Assembly: GCF_046972725.1 (NCBI RefSeq) | Contig: NZ_JBKVXF010000003.1 | Span: 281,735 to 345,734, forward strand | DNA length: 64,000 nucleotides | Direction: 5' to 3' | DNA from: Lacrimispora sp. | Lineage (GTDB): Bacteria > Bacillota > Clostridia > Lachnospirales > Lachnospiraceae | Shown: positions 46,887 through 55,764 of the stretch, one piece after another | Layout: every line of letters begins with the position of its first letter | How positions within the stretch are numbered: position 1 is the first letter of the stretch | Position numbers and translations under genes: made by a program | The notes under the pieces: model-generated | Seen by the model: only the letters and a program-made list of their open reading frames with translations | What the model was told of the DNA's origin: nothing | Database searches by the model: none

Positions 46887-48635
46887 ATGATCAAAGAGAT
46901 GCTGTCAAGAATCCTGACCCTGTCAGGAAAATACAAAACAAGGATAAAGACCGCTTTTCTGTTTTCCATACTGGAAGCCATCCTTGCAAAGATGCCCATC
47001 GTCTATGCATTTGTCATATTAAGTAAATTTTATGATGGGACGGTGAAAGGGATGGACTGCATGTATGCAGGCATTGCCATGATCCTTACGGTCAGCCTGC
47101 AGATGATCTTTCATCACATCAGTGACAGGCTGCAAAGCGGAGCCGGATATCTTCTGTTTGCCGATAAAAGAATGGAGCTTGGAGAGCATTTAAGAAAGCT
47201 GCCCATGGGATACTTTACAGAGGGAAACATCGGAAAGATCAGCTCTGTCCTTGCAACAGATATGCTTTTCATAGAAGAAAACATCATGATGAAACTTGCA
47301 AATATCATGACCTATTTATTTTCAGCCATAATCCTGATCCTGTTTATGTTCTACTTAAGCATCCCTCTGGGCCTTATCGTACTTTTCATAACCGCAGCCG
47401 CATATGCTGCCGCAGTAAAAATGAACCATGTATCCTCACAGGAAGCTGCCATCAGGCAGGAGCAAAGCGAAGAACTGACAGAATCCGTTCTGTCATTTAT
47501 TGAAGGGATATCTGTCATAAAAAGCTATAACCTGCTGGGAGAAAAATCAAAAGAGCTAAGCCAGAGCTTCCGAAAATCCAGAGATAAAAACATTACCTTT
47601 GAAGAGCGGATTGCTCCCTGGATGATGGGGCTCAGCACCATTTATGCATTAGGAATGGCAGGAGTTTTTGGAACCTCCGTCTGGCTCTACACCAATCATT
47701 CCTTGTCCCTCCCATATCTGATCGGAGTCCTGTTATTTGTTTTTGAAATGTTCAACCCCTTAAAAGCCCTGTTCCAGGAGTCGGCAAGTCTGAGCATTAT
47801 GAACAGCTGTCTGGACAGAATGGACCAGATTCTTTCAGAACCCCAGCTGCCTGACACAAAAAATAACAACCTGCCCCTTGCAAATAATGCACAAGGCGAG
47901 GTTGAATTTAAAGATGTCAGCTTTTCCTACGGAGGGAAAAACGTTTTAAAGAAGGTCAGCTTCAAGCTCCGGAAAAACACCATGACAGCCATCGTAGGGC
48001 CCAGCGGTTCCGGAAAAACCACCATTGCCAGTCTTCTGGCCAGATTCTGGGACGTAAAAGAGGGGGCCATCTATTACAAAGGAACCGATATCCGCCAGCT
48101 TTCCATGGAAACCCTGATGAGCCAGATCAGCATGGTATTTCAAAGAGTGTATCTTTTTGAAGATACCATATACAATAACATCCGAATGGGGAGACAAGAC
48201 GCAACCAGAGAAGAGGTATACGAAGCTGCCAGAAAAGCCCGGTGCTATGACTTTATCACAAGGCTGCCAAACGGCTTTGACACTCCCGTAGGCGAAGCCG
48301 GAGCAACTCTGTCAGGCGGCGAAAAACAAAGAATTTCCATCGCCCGCTCCATACTAAAGGACGCCCCCATCATCATTTTGGACGAAGCCACAGCCAGCGT
48401 AGACAGCGACAACGAAAGCTATATCCAGGAAGCGATCACTGAGCTCGTCAAAGGAAAGACACTCCTTGTCATCGCCCACCGCCTCCACACCATAAAAAAC
48501 GCCGACCAGATACTTCTGGTAGAAAACGGACAAATCACCGAACGGGGAACCCACGAAGAACTGCTGGCCCTTGGAAAGGTCTACGCCGACTTCATAAACA
48601 AATTAAATAAAAAATCAGAATGGCGTCTGCAATAA
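46887..48635 (+). CDS. ABC exporter, fused permease/ATPase (half-transporter 2, heterodimer partner)
   Basis: GPSGSGKTT, LSGGEKQR and IILDEATASVD are present. The start abuts the previous stop. Confidence 0.9.
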   Translation: MIKEMLSRILTLSGKYKTRIKTAFLFSILEAILAKMPIVYAFVILSKFYDGTVKGMDCMYAGIAMILTVSLQMIFHHISDRLQSGAGYLLFADKRMELGEHLRKLPMGYFTEGNIGKISSVLATDMLFIEENIMMKLANIMTYLFSAIILILFMFYLSIPLGLIVLFITAAAYAAAVKMNHVSSQEAAIRQEQSEELTESVLSFIEGISVIKSYNLLGEKSKELSQSFRKSRDKNITFEERIAPWMMGLSTIYALGMAGVFGTSVWLYTNHSLSLPYLIGVLLFVFEMFNPLKALFQESASLSIMNSCLDRMDQILSEPQLPDTKNNNLPLANNAQGEVEFKDVSFSYGGKNVLKKVSFKLRKNTMTAIVGPSGSGKTTIASLLARFWDVKEGAIYYKGTDIRQLSMETLMSQISMVFQRVYLFEDTIYNNIRMGRQDATREEVYEAARKARCYDFITRLPNGFDTPVGEAGATLSGGEKQRISIARSILKDAPIIILDEATASVDSDNESYIQEAITELVKGKTLLVIAHRLHTIKNADQILLVENGQITERGTHEELLALGKVYADFINKLNKKSEWRLQ

Positions 48636-48676
48636 ATTTACCTTAAAGCCCTGCGTTCCACCATCAAGCTGGCTGG

Positions 48677-48714
48677 AAATGAAATCCCGCGGCCTCCCCG
48701 GGATTTCATTTTTT
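48677..48714. terminator. Bidirectional terminator between convergent genes
   Basis: AAATGAAATCCCG-cggcctcc-CGGGATTTCATTT, a perfect 13-bp stem with a T-run on the + side. Confidence 0.75.
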
Positions 48715-48721
48715 CATATCT

Positions 48722-49081
48722 TCAGCTTAACATCCCCCCTGCAGTCCCGCTGGCCGCGCAGATCGCCATGGTAGTCAGGATCTGATTCATAGATCCGTTA
48801 AGCCCTTTGTTCAGCATAAAGGATACCACCAGCAAAACTGCAAAATACAATAGTCCCAGCAATAGCCCCCAAAAAAATCTTCTCTGCCGTATGCTTTTCC
48901 CCATCAGGATTCCACCGATGAGACAGGTAATAATGTAAACCCCATTCACACCCAGACGGATCTGTCCTTCCTTTAACTGGAATCTATAAAGCGCTAAGGC
49001 CAGGACAACAAGCAGGATTCCGGTCAGTATGTAGGTGATGAGCAGGTTTCTTAATGTGACCTGAAGCTTTGATTTTTCCAT
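48722..49081 (-). CDS. Small four-TM membrane protein, function unknown
   Basis: Starts MEKSKLQVTLRNLLITYILTGILLVVLALALY. Four hydrophobic helices. No motif recognised with confidence. Confidence 0.6.
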   Translation of the reverse strand: MEKSKLQVTLRNLLITYILTGILLVVLALALYRFQLKEGQIRLGVNGVYIITCLIGGILMGKSIRQRRFFWGLLLGLLYFAVLLVVSFMLNKGLNGSMNQILTTMAICAASGTAGGMLS

Positions 49082-49198
49082 TTGATTACACCTCACATCT
49101 TGTCTTATGGTTCAGTATATTCTGCCGGTATGGCGGATATTCTAAGATGTTTGGCTTAAAATAAGGAATCCCTGCCTGTCTTACCCCTCCATTTCATC

Positions 49199-49227
49199 TT
49201 GCACTACGAAAAAACATGTGGTATAAT
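49199..49227 (+). promoter_or_regulatory. Candidate sigma-A promoter with extended -10 for the SCIFF operon
   Basis: TTGCAC, a 17-nt spacer, and TGgTATAAT (TATAAT at 49222-49227). Confidence 0.5.
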
Positions 49228-49264
49228 CTCATGGAATTATGTAAAATACAGGAGGTGTAAGTTT

Positions 49265-49411
49265 ATGAAGCACGTAAAAACATTAAGTTCCAGTACATTA
49301 AAAGAATCCATGAAAAAAGGCGGCTGCGGAGAATGCCAGACTTCCTGCCAGTCAGCCTGCAAGACATCCTGTACAGTAGGAAATCAGAGCTGTGAGAACA
49401 GCAACCGTTAG
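49265..49411 (+). CDS. scfA: SCIFF (six-cysteines-in-forty-five) ranthipeptide precursor
   Basis: MKHVKTLSSSTLKESMKKGGCGECQTSCQSACKTSCTVGNQSCENSNR is essentially the family consensus. GGAGGTG lies upstream. I trimmed the start from the 49199 ORF. Confidence 0.9.
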   Translation: MKHVKTLSSSTLKESMKKGGCGECQTSCQSACKTSCTVGNQSCENSNR

Positions 49412-49436
49412 TTAAAACTGTATAGAGCAGCCATAA

Positions 49437-49497
49437 GGCAGAGAAGCAGATGCCCCCTACGGTCGTTAGACAGTAGGGGTTCCTTCGCTTGTCTGCC
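49437..49497 (+). promoter_or_regulatory. Nested stem-loop between precursor and maturase genes
   Basis: Outer stem GGCAGAGAAGC / GCTTGTCTGCC (one mismatch). Inner stem CCCCTAC / GTAGGGG. No U-run follows. Confidence 0.45.
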
Positions 49498-49540
49498 AAA
49501 ATCAATAAAGGTGTAAACCTTTTCATTAAGGAGAATACAA

Positions 49541-50935
49541 GTGATTCATCAATATATGAATAATGGCTTCCATATTATTATGGATGTCAACAGCGGTTCG
49601 GTCCATTCTGTTGATCCTGTGATGTATGATGCGGTTTCCATCGCACAGGACCTGGTGCCTGAGATGGAGAAACCGGAAAAAATATCAGAACACGCAAAGA
49701 AAGAGATTTTAAGCCGTCTGAGGGAAACCTATGGAGAGGCGGAAGTGATGGAAGCACTGGAGGAGATCCAGTATTTGATCGATGCGGGAGAACTGTTTAC
49801 AAAAGATGTGTACCACGATTATATAGTCGATTTTAAAAAGAGAAAGACGGTTGTCAAAGCCCTTTGTTTACATATTGCTCATGACTGTAATCTGGCATGC
49901 CAGTATTGCTTTGCTGAGGAAGGAGAGTATCACGGCCGCCGCGCCCTCATGTCTTTTGAAGTGGGGAAAAAAGCATTAGACTTCCTGATTGCCAATTCCG
50001 GCAACCGCAGAAACTTAGAAGTGGACTTCTTTGGCGGGGAACCGCTGATGAATTGGGAAGTTGTCAAGCAGCTTGTTGCATACGGCCGCTCAAAAGAGAA
50101 AGAATATAATAAGAACTTTCGTTTTACCATGACCACCAACGGGGTTCTTTTAAATGACGAGATCATGGAATTCTGCAATAAGGAAATGAGCAATGTGGTA
50201 TTGAGTCTTGACGGAAGAAAAGAAGTCAATGACAAGATGCGTCCTTTCCGCAACGGAAAAGGAAGCTATGATCTGATTGTCCCCAAATTCCAGAAGTTTG
50301 CCAGGATTCGCGGAGACAAGGACTATTACATCAGAGGTACCTTTACCAGAGGAAATATGGACTTTGCAAAAGATGTTCTCGAATTTGCAGACCTTGGATT
50401 TGAAAGTATGTCCATCGAGCCTGTGGTTGCCCAGCCGGAAGAATATTACGCCATCAAAGAAGAAGATCTTCCTCAGATCCTTGATGAGTACGATAAACTT
50501 GCCGTGGAGTACATTAAGAGAAAGAAGGAAGGAAAAGGCTTTAACTTCTTTCATTTCAACATTGATCTGCAGCAGGGGCCCTGCGTTGCAAAACGTCTTG
50601 CCGGCTGTGGGTCTGGAACCGAGTATCTGGCAGTAACTCCCTGGGGCGATTTTTATCCGTGCCACCAGTTTGTGGGTCAGGAGAAATTCCTTCTCGGTAA
50701 TGTGGATACCGGTCTGACCAATACGGAAATCCGCGATGAATTCAAGCTCTGCAACGTATACGCAAAAGATAAATGCCGTGATTGTTTTGCCAGATTTTAC
50801 TGCAGCGGCGGCTGTGCAGCCAATTCCTTTAACTTCCATGGCAACATTACCGACGCTTACGATATCGGCTGCGAGATGCAGAAGAAACGGATCGAATGTG
50901 CAATTATGATAAAGGCAGCTCTGGCTGAAGAATGA
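49541..50935 (+). CDS. scfB: SCIFF radical SAM/SPASM thioether-forming maturase
   Basis: The radical SAM site is HDCNLACQYC. The C-terminal SPASM cysteines are GCGSGTEYLAV...YPCHQF...CRDCFARFYCSGGCAANS. It lies directly downstream of the SCIFF precursor. Confidence 0.9.
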   Translation: MIHQYMNNGFHIIMDVNSGSVHSVDPVMYDAVSIAQDLVPEMEKPEKISEHAKKEILSRLRETYGEAEVMEALEEIQYLIDAGELFTKDVYHDYIVDFKKRKTVVKALCLHIAHDCNLACQYCFAEEGEYHGRRALMSFEVGKKALDFLIANSGNRRNLEVDFFGGEPLMNWEVVKQLVAYGRSKEKEYNKNFRFTMTTNGVLLNDEIMEFCNKEMSNVVLSLDGRKEVNDKMRPFRNGKGSYDLIVPKFQKFARIRGDKDYYIRGTFTRGNMDFAKDVLEFADLGFESMSIEPVVAQPEEYYAIKEEDLPQILDEYDKLAVEYIKRKKEGKGFNFFHFNIDLQQGPCVAKRLAGCGSGTEYLAVTPWGDFYPCHQFVGQEKFLLGNVDTGLTNTEIRDEFKLCNVYAKDKCRDCFARFYCSGGCAANSFNFHGNITDAYDIGCEMQKKRIECAIMIKAALAEE

Positions 50936-50993
50936 TCCGGCCCAATTCTGCGAAGTAACTGAAAATACAGGAAACCAAAGTAAGGGACAATCT

Positions 50994-52136
50994 ATGAATT
51001 ATAAGATTATAAAAAAGGACGGCCGTGCCAAGCGTGCAGAGGTGACCACTGTCCATGGAACGATCCAGACTCCGGTGTTCATGAATGTGGGAACCGTAGC
51101 AGCCATCAAAGGAGCGGTATCTACCGATGATCTGCGGGAGATTAAGACCCAGGTGGAATTGTCTAACACCTATCATCTTCATGTCCGCACCGGAGATAAG
51201 GTGATCCGGCAGTTTGGGGGCCTTCATGAATTTATGAACTGGGACAAGCCGATCCTTACGGATTCCGGCGGATTTCAGGTATTTTCCCTGACCGGACTGA
51301 GAAAGATCAAAGAAGAAGGCGTATACTTCCAGTCCCATATCGACGGACGCAGGATATTTATGGGTCCGGAGGAAAGTATGCAGATTCAGTCCAATCTGGC
51401 TTCCACGATTGCAATGGCATTTGACGAATGTCCGCCTCATCCGGCGACCAGGGAATACATGCAAAACAGTGTAGACCGTACTACCAGATGGCTGGAACGC
51501 TGCCGCGTGGAGATGAACAGGCTTAACTCCCTGCCGGACACCATTAATAAGGAACAGCTGTTATTTGGAATCAATCAGGGTGGAACCTATGAAGACATCC
51601 GGATCGCCCATGCAAAGACCATCTCTGCCATGGATTTGGATGGCTATGCCTTAGGAGGGCTTGCCGTTGGAGAAAGCCATTCGGAGATGTACCGGATTTT
51701 GGAAGAGACGATTCCTTATCTTCCGGAAAATAAGCCTACTTATCTGATGGGAGTGGGAACTCCCGCCAATATTTTAGAGTCTGTAGAGCGGGGCGTGGAT
51801 TTCTTTGACTGTGTTTATCCGTCACGAAACGGACGCCATGGACATGTGTATACCAATCAGGGGAAAAGAAACCTGTTTAACAGCAAATATGAACTGGACC
51901 GCAGACCCATTGAAGAAGGCTGTCAGTGTCCGGCCTGCCGTTCTTACAGCAGGGCCTATATCAGGCATTTGTTAAAGGCAAAAGAAATGCTTGGTATGAG
52001 ATTATGTGTCTTGCATAATCTGTATTTTTATAATACAATGATGGAAGAGATTCGTGACGCAATCGATCATCAGCGTTATGGGGAATATAAGGAGAAGAAG
52101 CTTGCCGGCATGATGGAAGCTCAATCCGAAAAGTAG
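50994..52136 (+). CDS. tgt: Queuine tRNA-ribosyltransferase (tRNA-guanine transglycosylase)
   Basis: TPVFMNVGT, LTDSGGFQVFSL and GLAVGE are present. The zinc site is CQCPACRSYSRAYIRHL. Confidence 0.95.
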   Translation: MNYKIIKKDGRAKRAEVTTVHGTIQTPVFMNVGTVAAIKGAVSTDDLREIKTQVELSNTYHLHVRTGDKVIRQFGGLHEFMNWDKPILTDSGGFQVFSLTGLRKIKEEGVYFQSHIDGRRIFMGPEESMQIQSNLASTIAMAFDECPPHPATREYMQNSVDRTTRWLERCRVEMNRLNSLPDTINKEQLLFGINQGGTYEDIRIAHAKTISAMDLDGYALGGLAVGESHSEMYRILEETIPYLPENKPTYLMGVGTPANILESVERGVDFFDCVYPSRNGRHGHVYTNQGKRNLFNSKYELDRRPIEEGCQCPACRSYSRAYIRHLLKAKEMLGMRLCVLHNLYFYNTMMEEIRDAIDHQRYGEYKEKKLAGMMEAQSEK

Positions 52137-52178
52137 GACAGGATACCGCGCAAGGCGGCGGGTCTATATAAGGAGGAA

Positions 52179-52481
52179 ATGGTTATGTTATTAGCAACAG
52201 GCGGTACTATGGGCATGGGTTTCTGGGTTCTTTACATCGCAGTAATCTTTGGCTTTATGTATTTTATTGCAATCAGACCCCAGAAAAAAGAGAAGAAGAG
52301 ACAGCAGGAGATGCTTTCAAACATTGCCATCGGTGACAGTGTTCTGACTACCAGCGGTTTTTACGGAGTCATCATCGATATGACAGACGATACGGTTATC
52401 GTTGAGTTCGGCAATAACAAAAACTGCAGGATTCCTATGCAGAAGTCAGCAGTGGTTGAAGTTGAAAAACCAGAAGTTTAA
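52179..52481 (+). CDS. yajC: Preprotein translocase subunit YajC
   Basis: One TM segment, then RPQKKEKKRQQEML..IAIGDSVLTTSGFYGVI. ATG 52185 is better spaced from AGGAGG, so the true start may be 52185. Confidence 0.85.
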   Translation: MVMLLATGGTMGMGFWVLYIAVIFGFMYFIAIRPQKKEKKRQQEMLSNIAIGDSVLTTSGFYGVIIDMTDDTVIVEFGNNKNCRIPMQKSAVVEVEKPEV

Positions 52482-52502
52482 AAATCAGTTATAAAAAACA
52501 AG

Positions 52503-52538
52503 GCGTTCGGGAAAGAAGTTCTTATCCGAACGCTTTTT
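52503..52538 (+). terminator. Rho-independent terminator after yajC
   Basis: GCGTTCGG..CCGAACGC followed by TTTTT. Confidence 0.75.
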
Positions 52539-52570
52539 ATATAGGAAAGTTCTTCGGACTTCCCGGTACA

Positions 52571-52604
52571 ATAAAAGGCATTCCGTACAGGAGGTACGGA
52601 ACGC
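52571..52604 (-). terminator. Terminator of the minus-strand SDR gene
   Basis: On the minus strand, GCGUUCCGUAC-cuccu-GUACGGAAUGC followed by CUUUUAUU. Confidence 0.6.
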
Positions 52605-52633
52605 TTGACAAAATGATATTAATTTGATATAAT
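52605..52633 (+). promoter_or_regulatory. Orphan consensus sigma-A promoter pointing into the 3' end of the convergent SDR gene
   Basis: TTGACA (52605-52610), an exact 17-nt spacer ending in TGa, and TATAAT (52628-52633). No + strand ORF follows. Confidence 0.5.
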
Positions 52634-52729
52634 TTAATTTGACAAAACCAATACTGCAAATAGTATGTCTTGCCGGTCCAGTGTACAGCATTTCAATTGC
52701 AACATATGATTTAGTAAGGGGTTGTCAGC

Positions 52730-53461
52730 TTATATCCAGCCCCCGTCAAGGCCGATGATCTGTCCGGTCAGGTAAGCGTTTTTATAGCCCAGATGGTAAA
52801 CAAGGTCTGCCACCTCTTCTGCTTTGCCCAGTCTGCCGGTGGGGATTTCATCGATGAGAGCGATCAGTTCGTCTTCTTCTAAGAATTGATTCATCTCAGT
52901 ATCAATGGCACCGCAGGCAATGGCATTGACCTGAATGTTGCTGGGAGCAAGTTCCTTGGCTAAAGCCTTGGTAAAAGCATTGATTCCTCCCTTGGTCGTA
53001 GAATAAGCGACTTCGCAGGAAGCTCCGACCACACCCCATACGGAAGAGATATTGATGATTTTTCCCGATTTCTTTTCCACCATTCCGGGAATAGCCAGCT
53101 TGCAGCAGTTGAACACAGAGGTTAAGTTGGTGCGTATGATACGGTCCCAGGCATCTGTGCTCATCTCCTGCAGCAGTCCGATGTAGGAGATTCCGGCGTT
53201 GTTGACCACAACATCAGGAGTACCGAACTGCTTGCGTATCTGTTCAAACAGTTCCTGGCATTGTGTGATGTCACCCATGTCGCCCATATAGGAAAGGCAG
53301 GAGATCTGATAAGTCTCCAGTTCCTTTTTGGTCTGCAGCAGCCGTTCTTCGTTGTGCAGGCAGTTGATGACCACATTATAACCCTTTTTTGCAAATTTCA
53401 CGGCAATGGCTTTTCCGATTCCCCGGGAAGCGCCGGTGATAAGTACCGTTTTCCTGGACAT
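52730..53461 (-). CDS. Short-chain dehydrogenase/reductase, FabG-like (3-oxoacyl-ACP reductase family)
   Basis: VLITGASRGIGKAIA, NNAG, and S...YSTTKGG (catalytic SYK) are present. Confidence 0.85.
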   Translation of the reverse strand: MSRKTVLITGASRGIGKAIAVKFAKKGYNVVINCLHNEERLLQTKKELETYQISCLSYMGDMGDITQCQELFEQIRKQFGTPDVVVNNAGISYIGLLQEMSTDAWDRIIRTNLTSVFNCCKLAIPGMVEKKSGKIINISSVWGVVGASCEVAYSTTKGGINAFTKALAKELAPSNIQVNAIACGAIDTEMNQFLEEDELIALIDEIPTGRLGKAEEVADLVYHLGYKNAYLTGQIIGLDGGWI

Positions 53462-53657
53462 AAATATTCCCCTTTCTGTCAGTTTTTGATACCGTTATTT
53501 TATCAAATCGGCAGATACATTGCAAGAAAGGCAAAAAAGTCTTTTTATACATTTTCGTTTTCTCATGGATCAGGCATTGCATACTTCATGGCCAGTAAGA
53601 TATAATGAATACAGACAAATAAATATCAGAATGAATTAAGAAAGCAGGTAGATAAAT

Positions 53658-54584
53658 ATGAACGAAATTTATGACGTAGTAATTATCGGCTCCGGGCCGG
53701 CAGGACTTACTGCTGCAGTTTATGGAAAAAGAGCTGAGCTCAAGATGATTGTAATCGAAAAAGAGATGGCAAGCGGCGGCCAGATCCTTAATACCTATGA
53801 AGTGGATAACTATCCGGGACTTCCAGGCATTAACGGTTATGATCTTGGCATAAAATTCAGGGAACATGCCGAGAAGCTGGGAGCAGAATTCGTCAACGAT
53901 GAGGTTCTTCGGATCGAAGCTGCTGACGGGCAGTTTACCGTAGTGGGAGAAGAAAAGACATATGTGACAAAGTCTGTCATCATTGCAACCGGGGCACAGC
54001 ACCGGAAATTAAGCGTAATCGGAGAAGAAGAACTGACGGGTATGGGCGTTTCCTACTGCGCGACCTGTGACGGCGCATTTTTCCGCAATAAGGTGGCTGC
54101 AGTTGTAGGCGGCGGTGATGTAGCCATTGAAGACGCCATCTTTTTAGCCAGAATGTGTAAAAAGGTTTACTTAATTCATAGAAGAAATCAGTTAAGAGGA
54201 GCAAAAACCTTACAGACGCAGCTGTTTAATCAGGATAACGTCGAGATCATCTGGGATACGGTTGTAGAGGAGATCGAAGGCGGAGATCAGGTCGAATCCC
54301 TGACTATAAAGAACGCCAATACAGGAGAAACCAGAAAGCTGGCTGTTGACGGAGTGTTCATTGCGGTAGGCATTAACCCACAAAGTGAAGCATTTAACAA
54401 TCTGGTAGAGATGGATCACGGCTATATCAAAGCAGGAGAAGACTGTGAAACCAATGTTCCCGGAGTTTTTGCAGTAGGTGATGTCCGTACCAAGCAGTTG
54501 AGACAGATATCGACGGCAGTATCTGACGGCGCCAATGCGATTACCAGTGTCGAACGGTATTTAACGAGAATTCAGGCAAATTAA
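53658..54584 (+). CDS. trxB: Thioredoxin-disulfide reductase
   Basis: VVIIGSGPAGLTAA, the redox-active CATCDG, VVGGGDVAIEDA and GVFAVGDV are present. Confidence 0.95.
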   Translation: MNEIYDVVIIGSGPAGLTAAVYGKRAELKMIVIEKEMASGGQILNTYEVDNYPGLPGINGYDLGIKFREHAEKLGAEFVNDEVLRIEAADGQFTVVGEEKTYVTKSVIIATGAQHRKLSVIGEEELTGMGVSYCATCDGAFFRNKVAAVVGGGDVAIEDAIFLARMCKKVYLIHRRNQLRGAKTLQTQLFNQDNVEIIWDTVVEEIEGGDQVESLTIKNANTGETRKLAVDGVFIAVGINPQSEAFNNLVEMDHGYIKAGEDCETNVPGVFAVGDVRTKQLRQISTAVSDGANAITSVERYLTRIQAN

Positions 54585-54620
54585 AAAGCAGCCAGGTTTT
54601 TGTCCTGGCTGCTTTTTTAT
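54585..54620. terminator. Bidirectional terminator between trxB and hpf
   Basis: AAAAAGCAGCCAGG-tttttgt-CCTGGCTGCTTTTTT. Confidence 0.8.
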
Positions 54621-54621
54621 G

Positions 54622-55149
54622 TTAAAATTCCGGTTCAATGAGTCCGTAGGAACCGCCTTTTCTTTTATAGACCACATTGACTTCGTCTGTGTCTGCATTT
54701 AAAAATACGAAAAAGCTGTGTCCCAGAAGCTCCATCTGAACACATGCCTCCTCCGGATCCATTGGCTTAACTGCGAATTTCTTTGATTTCACGATCTCTA
54801 CATGATCATCATTGTTATTCTCTTCCTCAATAAATGCTTTGGAGAAGGAAGGGGTATTCTGTTTCTTGTCGATGAGCTTGTTCTTGTATTTTTTCAACTG
54901 CCGTTCCAGGATCTCCTCCACAAGATCAATGGATACATACATGTCTGTGCTGGATTCCTCTGCCCGGATAAGATGTCCTTTCACTGGAATTGTCACTTCG
55001 ATTTTCTGGATTTCCTTTTGTACGCTGAGTCTTACTGTAGCTTCTGTTGCAGGAGCAAAGAAACGATCTAATTTTCCAAGCTTGTCTTCCACCGCTTCCC
55101 GTAACCCTGATGTGACCTCAATATTCTTTCCTGTAATTGTAAAACGCAT
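54622..55149 (-). CDS. hpf: Ribosome hibernation promoting factor, long form
   Basis: MRFTITGKNIEVTSGLREAVEDKLGKLDRFF and the C-terminal dimerisation domain KPMDPEEA...FFVFLN...VNVVYKRKGGSYGLIEP. Confidence 0.9.
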   Translation of the reverse strand: MRFTITGKNIEVTSGLREAVEDKLGKLDRFFAPATEATVRLSVQKEIQKIEVTIPVKGHLIRAEESSTDMYVSIDLVEEILERQLKKYKNKLIDKKQNTPSFSKAFIEEENNNDDHVEIVKSKKFAVKPMDPEEACVQMELLGHSFFVFLNADTDEVNVVYKRKGGSYGLIEPEF

Positions 55150-55412
55150 AAGTCATCAGCTCCTTTTTCTTAAGATAGTTATAGCATAACATATTTATGA
55201 GAATAATTCAATGACATTGTAAAGTTTTAAGATAATTAATGTGAATTTTTTGTGAAATGTATTTACTTATATTTTATCAATTTATTGAAAAACTATAGAT
55301 GGGACTTAAAAAAAGTCAAGGGAAAAATGGAATTTTCCGTCGAAAAAGGAAATTTTATGACAAGTATACAAAAATCTCAAGCATTGGCAGCTTCCAAGAA
55401 TTTCTGGGAATA

Positions 55413-55540
55413 TGTGGAGAAAAAATGTGGATAATGTGGATAACTTGGTGTATAACTGTTTTTTTCAATATTTATGGGAGGAAATGGTGGGGATAAAAAT
55501 GGGGGGAAAATACACAATTGGATGTGGATAATGTGGAAAA
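55413..55540 (+). promoter_or_regulatory. Cluster of seven same-orientation DnaA-box-like 9-mers
   Basis: TGTGGATAA is the complement of the consensus TTATCCACA, and it occurs perfectly at 55426, 55435 and 55523. One-mismatch boxes are at 55413 (TGTGGAGAA), 55488 (TGGGGATAA) and 55532 (TGTGGAAAA). Two pairs are directly abutting. A two-mismatch box lies at 55448. Confidence 0.6.
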
Positions 55541-55686
55541 TCAAAGAATCGAACATGTTTTTTGTGCAATGTGTCAGGTTGACCATAATTATTTTCTGTT
55601 TTGCCGCTGTTTGCCGTGGAAAAAAAGGGAGGAGCTGGCAGGATATGGTCTTATTATTACCAGAATGTTAATTTTTTATGAATTCA

Positions 55687-55715
55687 TTGAATTAAGGTGC
55701 GGTTAGTGCTACAAT
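55687..55715 (+). promoter_or_regulatory. Candidate secA promoter
   Basis: TTGAAT, a 17-nt spacer ending in TGc, and TACAAT. It lies 50 nt upstream of ATG 55765. Confidence 0.45.
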
Positions 55716-55764
55716 ATACAGGATTATACCGTGTATCTAGTTAAGAAGAGTAGGAGAATGAAAC

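Noticed and set aside
50150-51464. 229-aa and 186-aa minus-strand ORFs
   Set aside because: They are antisense to the SCIFF maturase and tgt genes, both of which have unmistakable motifs.
55150-55764. Chromosomal replication origin (oriC), and the small ORFs 55252-55706
   Set aside because: No dnaA, dnaN or rpmH is in the neighbourhood, and I cannot compute GC skew. I kept it as a DnaA-box cluster rather than calling oriC. The 60-69-aa ORFs there lack RBSs and are low-complexity products of AT-rich DNA.
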